Of a stretch of 64,000 nucleotides of DNA, positions 28,101-37,496 are shown piece after piece. Every line of letters starts with the position of its first letter. The stretch's first letter is position 1. The stretch is taken from contig CAXXVL010000002.1 in the NCBI GenBank assembly GCA_963667845.2, forward strand, positions 1,344,001-1,408,000, given 5' to 3'. Source of the stretch: Smithellaceae bacterium. GTDB taxonomy: Bacteria; Desulfobacterota; Syntrophia; Syntrophales; Smithellaceae. The position numbers and the translations under genes are program-made. Below the pieces are notes generated by a model. That model made no database searches. It had not been told where the DNA came from and worked only from the letters and a program-made list of their open reading frames with translations.

Positions 28101-28594
28101 TCGTCGTCCAGCGCCTCAAAGAGAAAAGGCATAAGATCATGATAATAACGGCAGGCAGCCAGGACAAGAAGGCGATAAACCTCGCCCTGAGGGTCCGTTG
28201 AGGGTATCCGTCCGTCGAGAAGGTCGTTGATCCGGACGGGATTGGTAAATGGGACAAGTTCGGCGGGCAATGCACCATTACGGGTAAGCTTCAGTATTTC
28301 GGGCTGGGTTTCTTCCTCGTTCGCCGGCGTAATGACGCGGCAGAGGAAAGGATGCCAGCCGCGTGCATCGAGAAAGCGCAGGGCGGCAAGACGGTTGAAC
28401 CAGGTATAGGCCACGCGTTCCACAAGGCTGGTGCAATCCTTTTCCGCCTTCCCCTTGATGTTTGTTCTCTGCTGCGACTTTTCGCGCAAATCCGGTGTGT
28501 CGCCGGTGAGGACGAAATCGAGTTTCCGTCCGACGGCTTCGATTAGTTGGAGGCGGACTGCCGGGGCAAAATTTTTAAGAGCATTCAAATTCAT
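25133..28594 (-). CDS. pglX: BREX-1 N6-adenine DNA methyltransferase PglX
   Basis: AYTWFNR, TQLFTPHWIV, DPATGSGH motif I, NPPY motif IV, KRPIYW, DLDDGVKVNY; start at MNLNALK. Confidence 0.95.
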   Translation of the reverse strand: MNLNALKNFAPAVRLQLIEAVGRKLDFVLTGDTPDLREKSQQRTNIKGKAEKDCTSLVERVAYTWFNRLAALRFLDARGWHPFLCRVITPANEEETQPEILKLTRNGALPAELVPFTNPVRINDLLDGRIPSTDPQGEVYRLLVLAACRYYHDLMPFLFEALDDETELLLPDDLLTEHSVVQGFRDDITDDDCAEVEIIGWLYQFYIAEKKDQVMARKSPVPVEDIPAVTQLFTPHWIVRYLVENSLGRLWLLNRPGSALRKHMPYYIEGEPETDFLKITKPEEIRLLDPATGSGHMLTYSFDLLYLIYEEEGHAPGEIPGLILRHNLFGLEICSRATQLAQFALVCKAREKSRLAFRTPIQPQVMCLEDVKITSEEMTDYLRLPGLRELFSENVLRQVHQFREDTSTFGSLIQPLLSAAEIATLKSRLAMVNPGDDLLCQETHRKVLRAFDQAEMLTQRYHVVVANPPYMKSKFFNGPLKRMTEKTYSEGHPDLYGCYIQQNIRLALDDGQIGMITIPNWLFLSSFADLRESLIYGINVQTLIHNGRGVWGADFGSCAFTIKNSLPSSKLAHFRRLFQKTSEVQSNAQLESNFFDRNNYPIHNCDCSGFQPLPFHIFAYWISPALAAVFGNSQIIEDVGIVRQGFQTGDNDRFMRFWHEVGHSKSKYDATTKDDVSGQIKWVPYNKGGEFQKWYGNNDYVVAFDEENYNVLLTSGNCLPSRNLYFREGVTWSALSISLFSARHSPPGFTFSAKGAGCFPSQSEVFFILALLNTVVARKLFEFMAATVDFNVGSIRQVPLPRNHASFQAVVTKQTQSCVTLARADWDNFETSWDFSDQPLLRSGLKGATLEASWRNWETQNTAAIRQMQELETENNRLFIDAYDLQDELTPDVPEEQITLARADARRDIAAFLAYAVGCMMGRYSLDHPGLILADAGDTLEHYLSKIGKPFDQLTFTPDADGVIPVLDREWFEDDIVARTRDFLRATFGVATLEVNVRFIEESLGKDLRKYFMTDFYKDHLQTYKKRPIYWLFQSPKKSFSALIYLHRYTHDTVNVLLNGYLRDYLHKLQSRIEHLEHVQATSESAREKTAALRESDALKKTLRECEEYEREIILPLAQQRIELDLDDGVKVNYLKFGKALAPIPGLAAKEED

Positions 28595-28601
28595 CTTTTC
28601 C

Positions 28602-31600
28602 TCACAGGCTGATCCGCACGCCCTTCTTGATCTCAGCGAGAGCAATCTTGCGTAAGGCTTCCAGCCAGCGGTCAAGATCCTCTTCAGTGGCGACATATGT
28701 CAGACCGCATTCGGCCTTTAAGCTGGCTGCGGATATAAAACGCGCTTCAGCGATGCCTGTTGGTTTATCCCCAGTATTCTCAGGATAATTGCCCGAACGC
28801 GGTTTCGGTGTCGCCAAGCGGTTCAGCAAGGCGAGTTGGGCCGGATAATCTGTCGATGTATAACGGGCCAGGCGATCCCTGATGGTGCTGATGAACCGGG
28901 CAGATTTCAAGGATTGCCGGATCTCATCCGATTTCTGAAGCACCTGGGTCTTCTGTGGATCGCTGAGTCCTGCAAAATCCGGCACTGCCTTTAGTTTCGT
29001 CTCATGCTCTTCGAGGACTGCCGTACTTCGCAAACGCTCTTCGTTCAGCTTCGCGTCAATCAGGGCGCGGACAAGGGTCACGGCTGCTTTAGCATCGGGG
29101 ATGACAGGGCCTCGGTACGGTTGGATGGATGTCGCCAAGAGCCGCAGAGGGGCAATATCTTCAGTGGATACTTCGGCGAAGTTGGCTTCCTCTTCCCGGA
29201 GAAAGGTCATCGCTTCGTCGTAGACCTTCCGCTGCGGTCCTTTCATAAAAGCCTTGATCGGATCAAGGAGGTCGCCTTTGGCTGTCAGTAATTCGTCCTG
29301 AAAATCGGCCAGATTATTGAGGAGATGGGTGAAATACTTACCCCCTAAGTCCTCGATGCTGCGGATTACCGGTTCGAGATTTCCCAGAAACGGATAGCGG
29401 CTTTGCTGGTCTTGCAACGCTCGCAACTCGCGACCTTCCTTAATCAGCATGTCAGAGGTAAGTTGGGCTACGGAACGGGCGTCCGTGGCATCGTTCATCT
29501 GGTCGAATAACTCCTGATGGAATCGTTTCAATGCGGCTACTGTGGCCGGGCTGAATTGTTCCTGCAACCGGACACGCACGGCGCCGTGCTGGCGGGTATT
29601 TTTCAGCGCATCCAGGGCGGCTCGCGCATCGAGGAGGTCGGTCGTGCGCAGTTCTACTTTTCCAAGGCGGAACAAACGGGCTATAAAAGTGAGGACGGCC
29701 ATGGGATACCAGCCGCAGGGCCGTTTTCCAAACTGACGAATGATCTCCTCCACGGAAACCCGCTCTCCGCTGCTCTGGTTGCGATCAACATAGGTCAGGA
29801 TTTCCTGCTCCGCCTCGGACAGGGTAAGATCTATCCCTTCCAGTAAATCACTTGGGTCAAGCAGCGTCCTAGATAATGTCGTCTCGTCATACGTGCCTTT
29901 CAGCATCTTCAGGCTCGGATAGGCAAAGCGGATAAGTTCCTGGGCAGCTTTGGCAAAACGGTTGCGGGCATCTCCTTCGCCGACGCTTTCCAGCCGTGAC
30001 GCGTTCAGATACAGAGGGGTCTTGCTTAGCAATTCGGCGCAGCGCAGTTGCAGGTCGCTGCGGCGTTTGCTGTTTTGCTGACCTCGTTCGGTCAGGATGG
30101 ATCGCCGCGTTTCCTCAATCCCTGCCCCAGTATTCTGCTGGATGTATTTCTGCGTTTTCAGATAGAGACGGGCCTCGTCGATGAGCCGATTATCGCTTGG
30201 TAGGACGGCAAGAAGTTCAGCCTTGCCGGTGTTCTGGGCAATCAACGCCGTAAGATTTTCGTGATTTGGATGATCGGGGGTGATGACATTGATACCCACG
30301 TCCGCATCCTTGCCCACCAAATGATCGTCAAGACGCCGGGCGCAGGTATAATCCTGGTAGTTGCCTTCATACCGGATTTTGGGATCACGGAGCACATCCG
30401 AAAAAATAATGTCGCCGAGGAGCTTCATAAGCTGAAATTCCTCGATCTCCGTATTCTTGATTTCAACCTCAATATCTTTTTCCATGTCGGTCAGGAATTC
30501 GTAAAACTCCCCGTTCCGCTGGAGATAGGATTGGGTTTCGAGGAGATTGAGTGCTGTACGGACCGCTTTTTCATGGGCCGCAATGTCCACATCCGGTTTA
30601 TCGATAAGCAGTATGGCGATGTTGCGCGGCGTCGCCTTGAATTCTCTGACCCATTTCAGAAGGAACAGGGCCTTGAGGATACGTTTCGCCACAGGATTGT
30701 CCAGCTGTCTTTCCGCCTGGCGGACGGAGGTCTGAAAATCGCCGCGAATCGATGCGGCGATGCCGTCGAACATCAGATCAAACGGAGCAAGCGCGCCGAC
30801 ATCATGTTTTGTGAGTTTTTTCGCAACTTCCTGAAATACCGATAGCATGGAGCGTTCACCAACGGCCGTGTGCCTGCCGGTGAACGCGTCATGTTCCGAG
30901 AGCCGCACAATGGCTTTTTGGAAAAGGTCAAATTGATAGGGATGAAAGGGGTAAAAACCGCAAAACTCATCGCTGCCACGCCATCCCTTGAACTCCATTG
31001 AACCATCACCAAAACGGAAGAGGGTCTGCAAATTATCGCGTTCAAGATCATAGATCGCCGTCAAGACAGGTGGTTCATCTTCCTTTTTGGCCAGCAGGCG
31101 CTTCTGGATGACTTCACGCACATCCGCGCTGGTAAGGGTTAACTGGGTTTTGAAACGTCCCGCGATCTTGCTGATATCCTGACCCAGTTCGGGGCGAAAA
31201 TTAACCAGAACCTTCTGCAAATCTCCCTGGGAAGTGATGAAAACCCAGGCGCGTCCTTTGCACACCGTCGCAAGGGTTTCCGTTACCGTCTGGAGATTGA
31301 GCATGAGCTTTGAGTCCTGACCGATGAACTGTCCAACCTCATCCACAAAGAAATTCAGGCGAAATCCCGGCGGCTGCTTTTCAATATAGGATTTCACCCG
31401 TTCGGCGAACGATTGGATGGAAACCTTGTAGCTATCCCGTTTGCGGTCAAAAAGTTTCAAACACTCCTCATACGTTTTCCCGGAATGCTTTGCGTAGGCT
31501 TTAGCAAAGGTCTCGTTTTCCAGAGTCTCGATGACGGGAAGATCCTCTTTCCAGGAACGACCGCTAACGTCAGCATAGGTTTTTCTGAAATCTTGCAGTT

Positions 31601-32114
31601 CGCCGCGTGAATCCAGGTCGCATTCAAACTCGGCAATATGCCCTTGCTTGGCATAGTAGCCCTGCAGTTCGTTAAGAACCTTGACGAATACTTCCAGAAT
31701 AGGCGCGGTCGAATCCCCACCGATTGCGTCTGCTTTTTGATCAATATTGAAAAGTAAACTTCGTGAGGGGATGGATGCGGCGCGTTTCAGGTCGCCTTGC
31801 ACAATCTCATCATCTATTTTAGGCAGGATTATTTGGGCGACAGTCTGACCGTTCTGTAAAGTCCGGTTCTCCAAGATCAAGGAAAGTATCTTGAGAAGAT
31901 GGGACTTTCCAGAACCGAAGAAGCCGGAGATCCACACCCCGTTGTCGTTTGTTTCATTCAGGTACCGGTTGGCTAATTGGTCAAAGCCTTTGCGGATTTC
32001 ACCGGTGACGACGTATTCTTCGACCTCGGTTTGGAGATAACGGTCATCGTCTGCCTTGATGACTCCCTCGATGGGGCGTTCAACGGGTTTAATAAAGAGT
32101 TCATGAATTTTCAT
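28602..32114 (-). CDS. brxC: BREX P-loop ATPase BrxC
   Basis: EEYVVT, WISGFFGSGKSH, VDEVGQFI, YPFHPYQF. Confidence 0.95.
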   Translation of the reverse strand: MKIHELFIKPVERPIEGVIKADDDRYLQTEVEEYVVTGEIRKGFDQLANRYLNETNDNGVWISGFFGSGKSHLLKILSLILENRTLQNGQTVAQIILPKIDDEIVQGDLKRAASIPSRSLLFNIDQKADAIGGDSTAPILEVFVKVLNELQGYYAKQGHIAEFECDLDSRGELQDFRKTYADVSGRSWKEDLPVIETLENETFAKAYAKHSGKTYEECLKLFDRKRDSYKVSIQSFAERVKSYIEKQPPGFRLNFFVDEVGQFIGQDSKLMLNLQTVTETLATVCKGRAWVFITSQGDLQKVLVNFRPELGQDISKIAGRFKTQLTLTSADVREVIQKRLLAKKEDEPPVLTAIYDLERDNLQTLFRFGDGSMEFKGWRGSDEFCGFYPFHPYQFDLFQKAIVRLSEHDAFTGRHTAVGERSMLSVFQEVAKKLTKHDVGALAPFDLMFDGIAASIRGDFQTSVRQAERQLDNPVAKRILKALFLLKWVREFKATPRNIAILLIDKPDVDIAAHEKAVRTALNLLETQSYLQRNGEFYEFLTDMEKDIEVEIKNTEIEEFQLMKLLGDIIFSDVLRDPKIRYEGNYQDYTCARRLDDHLVGKDADVGINVITPDHPNHENLTALIAQNTGKAELLAVLPSDNRLIDEARLYLKTQKYIQQNTGAGIEETRRSILTERGQQNSKRRSDLQLRCAELLSKTPLYLNASRLESVGEGDARNRFAKAAQELIRFAYPSLKMLKGTYDETTLSRTLLDPSDLLEGIDLTLSEAEQEILTYVDRNQSSGERVSVEEIIRQFGKRPCGWYPMAVLTFIARLFRLGKVELRTTDLLDARAALDALKNTRQHGAVRVRLQEQFSPATVAALKRFHQELFDQMNDATDARSVAQLTSDMLIKEGRELRALQDQQSRYPFLGNLEPVIRSIEDLGGKYFTHLLNNLADFQDELLTAKGDLLDPIKAFMKGPQRKVYDEAMTFLREEEANFAEVSTEDIAPLRLLATSIQPYRGPVIPDAKAAVTLVRALIDAKLNEERLRSTAVLEEHETKLKAVPDFAGLSDPQKTQVLQKSDEIRQSLKSARFISTIRDRLARYTSTDYPAQLALLNRLATPKPRSGNYPENTGDKPTGIAEARFISAASLKAECGLTYVATEEDLDRWLEALRKIALAEIKKGVRISL

Positions 32115-32725
32115 TGGTCTATCCTGTAATGGTCAAGATTGAATGCGCGATAATACGATGTTGTGAATCTTTTACTCTGCGGGGGATCAATAAGCTGTCC
32201 GAAGAGACGCAACTGTGATGCGCCGTTTTCTTCGTGGGTGTACTCTCCGGGAAAAAACATGACGACGGGGTGCTTCATCATGGCGGGTTGCAGTGATTCA
32301 AGAATGGTGTGGGTTCGGAGGAACGGATAAACATGCCCCACGCCCTTAATCAGGCTGACTTTGATGTCCGGTTCACCTATGATTTGGGAGAGTCTGGGAA
32401 TCAGACGGGTGGCCGGATCAGCTATGTTATTGAGCATTTCCAACATCTTGCGCTTTGGCATGGCAGGTTCGCTTTCGATGGCCTTGTCCAACCGGCCGGA
32501 GGCAGAGAGAAGATCGAGAACCATATCAAACAGATCAACAAGGGCCACGGAAATACCCTCTTTTTTCAGCCGTGCTATGGTGGCGGCGACAGTTAGTTCC
32601 ATTTTGTCTTCATTCGCAGAATGATAGGTTTGGATGAAAATGGGCACTTCATTCGCCAAGCCCTTCATTGCCAGGAAGTCCGGGTGACTGAGAATGTTAA
32701 AAAGCTGTTCCGGTGAATTTTTCAT
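32111..32725 (-). CDS. brxB: BREX protein BrxB (DUF1788)
   Basis: GLANEVP, GVGHVYPFLRTH, FFPGEY, YYRAFN. Confidence 0.93.
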   Translation of the reverse strand: MKNSPEQLFNILSHPDFLAMKGLANEVPIFIQTYHSANEDKMELTVAATIARLKKEGISVALVDLFDMVLDLLSASGRLDKAIESEPAMPKRKMLEMLNNIADPATRLIPRLSQIIGEPDIKVSLIKGVGHVYPFLRTHTILESLQPAMMKHPVVMFFPGEYTHEENGASQLRLFGQLIDPPQSKRFTTSYYRAFNLDHYRIDQ

Positions 32726-33402
32726 TTACCCTTCCGAATAGCCGCGATTTCCTTGTCGGTCCATAGAAATCCGACAAGAAGCTGTGCATCATCGGCGACG
32801 ATGCTGTCAATGACCCGTTTCGACTGCAATGGTCGAATAATCAGTCGTGCCCCGTTTTTCTTTCGTAGCATTCCGGCCTCCGTGAGCATCAACAACAAAA
32901 CAGTCCGAATCTTTCTACTGCTGGATTCGGTCAGTTCGCCCAACTCCGGATGAGAAGGAAGTCTGGCTGCAATGAAATTATCATAATCCGAAGGCCGAAG
33001 TACCAAATCGAAATCTGACAACTTGCTCCTCAGCACATCAGCGGCAAATTCGCGAATCATGGCGGAGTACTTGATAGCGGCCAACCAGGCCATCGATGCT
33101 CTTTCTTCACTCGTACCCTCGGCAAGTAAAACAATTTGATCCTTCGTAAGGTTCTCCAGGCGAGTGCGGATCTCCCTCTCCATTCTGTGGAGGGATGACT
33201 TTGTTCGGCTTTGGAAGGTATTGTCCGCGAGAACCTGTTGACGTGCACCCGCCCACGTTCCGCAGGCAAGATAGGAATCAGCAGCAATTCGAGCCAAATC
33301 AGGACGCAGGGAAACAGATGTAAAGCTAAGGCGATAAGAGTTAGAACATAATTTATTGCCGTGGTTCAAGATCGATGTTGCCTCCCGTGCATAGGGGTGC
33401 AT
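32722..33402 (-). CDS. brxA: BREX protein BrxA (DUF1819)
   Basis: YRLSFT, NTFQSRT, MLTEAG; first gene of the brxABC-pglX-pglZ-brxL operon. Confidence 0.88.
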   Translation of the reverse strand: MHPYAREATSILNHGNKLCSNSYRLSFTSVSLRPDLARIAADSYLACGTWAGARQQVLADNTFQSRTKSSLHRMEREIRTRLENLTKDQIVLLAEGTSEERASMAWLAAIKYSAMIREFAADVLRSKLSDFDLVLRPSDYDNFIAARLPSHPELGELTESSSRKIRTVLLLMLTEAGMLRKKNGARLIIRPLQSKRVIDSIVADDAQLLVGFLWTDKEIAAIRKGK

Positions 33403-33432
33403 AATTAGGGATTTATTCAGACTACGATTAAA

Positions 33433-33460
33433 TACATACCATCATGCACCGTGATGTCAA
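33433..33460 (-). promoter_or_regulatory. Possible BREX operon promoter
   Basis: Minus-strand TTGACA-16 bp-TATGTA just upstream of brxA. Confidence 0.4.
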
Positions 33461-33847
33461 ATCAAAAATAGTAGATACTACGTACGGCAAATCCTCCCCT
33501 TATCGTATCAATGACCTGATCCACATTTGATCTGTGCCCACTATAATCCATCCGGTCGAACATGCTCAGGGCGTGCCGACATTTCGAGCTTGGCTACTTT
33601 GCTCAAGACACAAGACACTATTTCCTATATTTCCGCAGAACCTGGTGCTTTGCGTGCCAATAGTCACCCTTTAGGTTATTTCCTAACGCCAGTAATCCTA
33701 GCCGTTATGTTATTTAACATTTCAAAATCACTAAACAATGATCCAATTATCTTTTCTAAAAAGCACACAGAGTTTTATGATGACTACCTCGACCTTCTCT
33801 GTAATCATAATTTATATGAACAGCCTAAAGATAATACTTGAATAATA

Positions 33848-34045
33848 GTATCCACAGGCAAGTGCGGATACCTCTTTCAAAGACCAAAACCATGTAAACC
33901 TAGTAAACCCACAAACCTATTAAATAAATATATATATTTTCCACAAACAAATATTTATTATCCCTTGTGTGGAATATTGGGTTTATTGGGTTTTACATGG
34001 TTTGCACTAGGTTTGTTACTTGGTGTGGATCCTTTTACATGGTTT
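33848..34045. other. Candidate iteron-type replication origin of the element
   Basis: Four AAACC units left and five GGTTT units right of an AT-rich core; TTTTCCACA DnaA-box match at 33937. Confidence 0.55.
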
Positions 34046-34070
34046 GTCATTAGAGCGCGCCCCAGATTAA

Positions 34071-35354
34071 TCAAAGACCTTCTTGTCGGCTGCGCTCTCT
34101 ATTGCGCGACGTTATCTTCGTACCGTTTGCTGTAAATGCTTTTTGCAGGGCTGCCGCCCCCTCGCGCAATCGGCTTTCGCTCATTTTTGCGTAACGCGCT
34201 GTCATAGTTGACGTGGCATGGCCGAGGCTCCTTTGCGTCAAGTACAAATCATGGGTGCTTTCGTAAAGGTGTGTCGCGTATGTATGACGCAGGGTGTGAA
34301 AGGTGATGCGTTGCTTCCTATCGGTGACGCCATCATTTAATTTTAAATCATCTACTGTCCGACTGAATGTTTTAGACGATTGCGCCATTACCCCGGTCTC
34401 TTTTTTGATTCGCTTCGGAAATATAAGTGCCTCCGGTCGGCCTTTCTTTCGGTTTTCAAGCATCGCTTTGGCCCTGTCAGTCAAATAGGCCGTTCGTGAT
34501 CCGGTCTTTGCGTTCAGAATAGCCAGTGTGCCCGCTTCAAGATTTACGCATGACCATGTCAGCGCCGCAATTTCGCCAAACCTTAAGCCGCAATGCAATG
34601 ACAGCAGCGCTTCGTCGTGAATATTATTGGATTTTACGGCCAGCGCCGCAAGCAGTTTTTCCGCTTCTTCAATGCTCAGATATCGCAATTTCATGTTATC
34701 TAACTTCGGCCACTTGACGGCCCTTGTCGGTGAATCCCCAGTATAAATTCCAAGCTTCCGTGCCATATTGAAAACCTGTCTAATCACCTGCAAAACATAT
34801 TCAATGGTCCGGGCGCTCAGCTTTTGATCGGCCATTGTCTTTTTTATTTTTTCCAGGTGGAAGGCGTTGATCGTTGGAAAAGTCAGGGAGCCTATTGCAT
34901 CGGAAATGTGTCTTTCATAAAGCATGGATTCAACATCATGGGTCTTGGCTTTTTTGTCCAGTTTGCTTTGTGGTAGGTAAGTATCCCTCATAAAATGGTC
35001 AAACGTGACGTTTTCCTTTTCCGCTTGCGTTCGTTCCAGTTCAGCCAGATCGCGCTTTTCCTGCTCGATAATGCGCTTTTCCTTTGGTGATTTTGGTCCG
35101 GTGCCGAGCTTGATATTTCCTTTATACTGCCTTAGCAGCTTCAAACAATAATCTTCAAAGCCTAGGCCGGGTTCGTCCTTGCGGATTTCGTCGGGAATCC
35201 CTTCGCTCAGCCAACCGACGCCAAAGTCATGCAATGTCCCGTCAACGCGAAATCGAATTGAATAATAGCGGTCCAGTTTTTTGCCATGTTTGCGTTTTGG
35301 GTTCTCGTAATATCTCAGCCCCTTATGATTTGTCCTTACCCATTGGATCGGCAT
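34071..35354 (-). CDS. Tyrosine recombinase (integrase)
   Basis: GLRFGEI, AKTG, FHTLRHTYA, LGHA, RYA catalytic R-K-H-R-H-Y set; adjacent to attR; start at MPIQW. Confidence 0.95.
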   Translation of the reverse strand: MPIQWVRTNHKGLRYYENPKRKHGKKLDRYYSIRFRVDGTLHDFGVGWLSEGIPDEIRKDEPGLGFEDYCLKLLRQYKGNIKLGTGPKSPKEKRIIEQEKRDLAELERTQAEKENVTFDHFMRDTYLPQSKLDKKAKTHDVESMLYERHISDAIGSLTFPTINAFHLEKIKKTMADQKLSARTIEYVLQVIRQVFNMARKLGIYTGDSPTRAVKWPKLDNMKLRYLSIEEAEKLLAALAVKSNNIHDEALLSLHCGLRFGEIAALTWSCVNLEAGTLAILNAKTGSRTAYLTDRAKAMLENRKKGRPEALIFPKRIKKETGVMAQSSKTFSRTVDDLKLNDGVTDRKQRITFHTLRHTYATHLYESTHDLYLTQRSLGHATSTMTARYAKMSESRLREGAAALQKAFTANGTKITSRNRERSRQEGL

Positions 35355-35388
35355 TTTATACCTTCCTTTATTAATCAGTATGTCTTGC

Positions 35389-35409
35389 TTTACCACTCCT
35401 TTACCACTT
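35389..35409 (+). repeat. Putative integrase arm-type sites (right)
   Basis: TTTACCACTC-C-TTTACCACTT. Confidence 0.7.
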
Positions 35410-35526
35410 TTTCCCCTAAAACAGACTATTTCAGAGTGACCCCGTGTGAAGGTGATATAGTTCTAAGTAGTTTAAATGTCAAATAGATTATTGTTCTAAC
35501 TGAAACTATATGAAAGTTAAAAAATA

Positions 35527-35574
35527 TGATTCGTAATCAGTAGGTCCCCGGTTCAAATCCGGGCATCGGCTCCA
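35527..35574 (+). repeat. attR (displaced 3' half of tRNA-Thr)
   Basis: TGATTCGTAATCAGTAGGTCCCCGGTTCAAATCCGGGCATCGGCTCCA. Confidence 0.92.
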
Positions 35575-35936
35575 GTAAAATCAATCAGTTACCTGGCGGC
35601 AATCAGCAATTCATTTTTCCCTTTGCTACTCCTATTGCTATCTTGTGGTTCCATTTTTCGTGATCCCTGGTGCGGTTTGAATAATCATGGATTTCTGTAA
35701 AGTATTGGATATATGGTACTTATCATAGATTGTTTCGAACCATTGACTTCACCCACCTATCCACAATATTTGGCAGTCATATAAATTGAGGATTACCATT
35801 GTAATCATCTTTTTTCATTTCAGGGAACTTGGCAGATTTTCTCCATTCAGATAAAGATATGCTTGCATATTAATGCACCACAAATATATATTATTAACGA
35901 ACTTAATCCAAATGGGCATTCTTAGGAGGTTTTGCT

Positions 35937-36497
35937 ATGAACGTAAAAGGCACTTTTTATGTTTTGACAAAGACTGCTATGACCACAGCTTTCGGCGAGG
36001 AACGCTGGAAGTCCTTTATGACCAAGCTGGCAGAGAAGGACAAATATTTCAAAAATATGATTATGTCCATTACGCTCAGTCCGGTGGAGAAGTTAATTAT
36101 ATTTTTTGATGAGATGTGTGCCGAATTCTTCAACAACGACAAAATGTCATACTTGATGTTTGGAAAGATAGGCGCTAAATACGCCCTGTCTCCGGAAGGC
36201 CCGTACAAAGCTTTTATCCTCACGAAGGATATAAAGCAGTTTGTCGAGGTTTACATGCCTAAGCTCTGGACGGCGTTTTTTGACGGCGGTACAGTGATCA
36301 CGAAGTTAGAGAACAACATCGTTCATCTCAAAATCACAGGGATTAATATAAAGAATTTGTACTTCGAACAACTTGTTATGGGTTACAACCAGCAGGCCCT
36401 CAAAGTGTTCGGGAAAAAAACTGCTGTGAAAAAGGTCAGGAGTATTGCATCGGGTGATAAAGATATTTATTACCAGTTCGAATTAAAGGAATCTTGA
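35937..36497 (+). CDS. Hypothetical protein, possibly H-NOX/V4R/DUF2378-like ligand-binding fold
   Basis: Strong SD AGGAGG; MNVKG...FGEERW N-terminus and GDKDIYYQFE C-terminus resemble that fold. Confidence 0.5.
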   Translation: MNVKGTFYVLTKTAMTTAFGEERWKSFMTKLAEKDKYFKNMIMSITLSPVEKLIIFFDEMCAEFFNNDKMSYLMFGKIGAKYALSPEGPYKAFILTKDIKQFVEVYMPKLWTAFFDGGTVITKLENNIVHLKITGINIKNLYFEQLVMGYNQQALKVFGKKTAVKKVRSIASGDKDIYYQFELKES

Positions 36498-36790
36498 CCA
36501 CAAAATACAAGGTGCGTGTCGATTATTGCCGGGCGCGAATAGTGTTGATTACGGGTTGAAATATTGCATATTTGTGCAGGTTGGCGATTTATCTGTTACA
36601 CGGAGTAATACTTAGCCCGTTTCTGAATCCTAACAAATAACGTTACCTGCATGAAAACCCGTTTCTCCGATAAGTCATATGCGAGGATATCAGGGCTTTT
36701 AAAAAGGTTCAATTCTATTTAACCAAGGGGGGCTACCCCTTGACCAGAGCTTCACCATTTAAAGTCATACAAAAGTCCTGACTGTCGCGC

Positions 36791-37124
36791 CTAATTCCAG
36801 AGTTCCTTAATCGGATCACCGATTGCTTCGTCTGTTATGTCTGCATATACCATCGTTGATTGAACGGAAACGTGCCCGAGCTGTCTTTGAACAGCGCGAA
36901 GGTCCTTCTCAACAGCATACAATTTAACGGCATAAGAGTGTCTCAGAGCGTGAACCGACTTGCCCGCTCATCAAGATCAAGCTGCTTGAGGTATTTCTTC
37001 ACGATCAATTGAATTGCCTGATTTGTCCGAGCCCGCGCTGACCGACAAACAGAAAATCATCATCGCCCACACGCTTGTGCACCGTCTGTTTCCAGTCTAG
37101 AAACGTTTTTAAATGCCTCTTAAC
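36791..37124 (-). pseudogene. Frameshifted C-terminal remnant of a XerC/D-like tyrosine recombinase
   Basis: Minus strand FLFVGQRG / QAIQLIVKKYL / KSVHALRHSYAVKLYAVEKDLRAVQRQLGHVSVQSTMVYA in shifting frames. Confidence 0.8.
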
Positions 37125-37496
37125 TTTTCTCCAACTTTTTCAATATTTTTATGTGAACACATATTTTAAAGATCAAGAATTATTGGGATGTACTCTTCCG
37201 GAACTCTAAAATAGCCACTCGTTCGCTTTGGAAGCCCGGCCGTAAAAATAATCTTGACTCGTCTATTTGCCTGTGTTTAACCTCAAAAAGGTTTTTTTGT
37301 GAAAAATATTAGTGTAATTAATGTTATTCCTTTCCGGACTGGCAAGCAGGTTGAACCATTATGGACAATAAGAATCATCCCGGCTTGTCCATCAACCATT
37401 CTGAATCAATGCCATCACACAAAGAACGTGTGCTTGATCGCATGCTACTTTCTCTATCAGGACCGTTGACGCCGATAATCAACGATAATCAAAAGG

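Noticed and set aside
33527..33841. 104-aa ORF upstream of brxA as a possible regulator
   Set aside because: TTG start, no SD, no HTH/WYL features
10644..33859. CAGGC at the helicase end (10644) and before the origin array (33855) as a 5-bp target duplication around the cargo; joining them gives an open frame
   Set aside because: A 5-bp match is expected by chance, and there are no terminal inverted repeats or transposase
35527..35574. Second tRNA gene
   Set aside because: Lacks the 5' acceptor strand and D-arm; it is the att repeat
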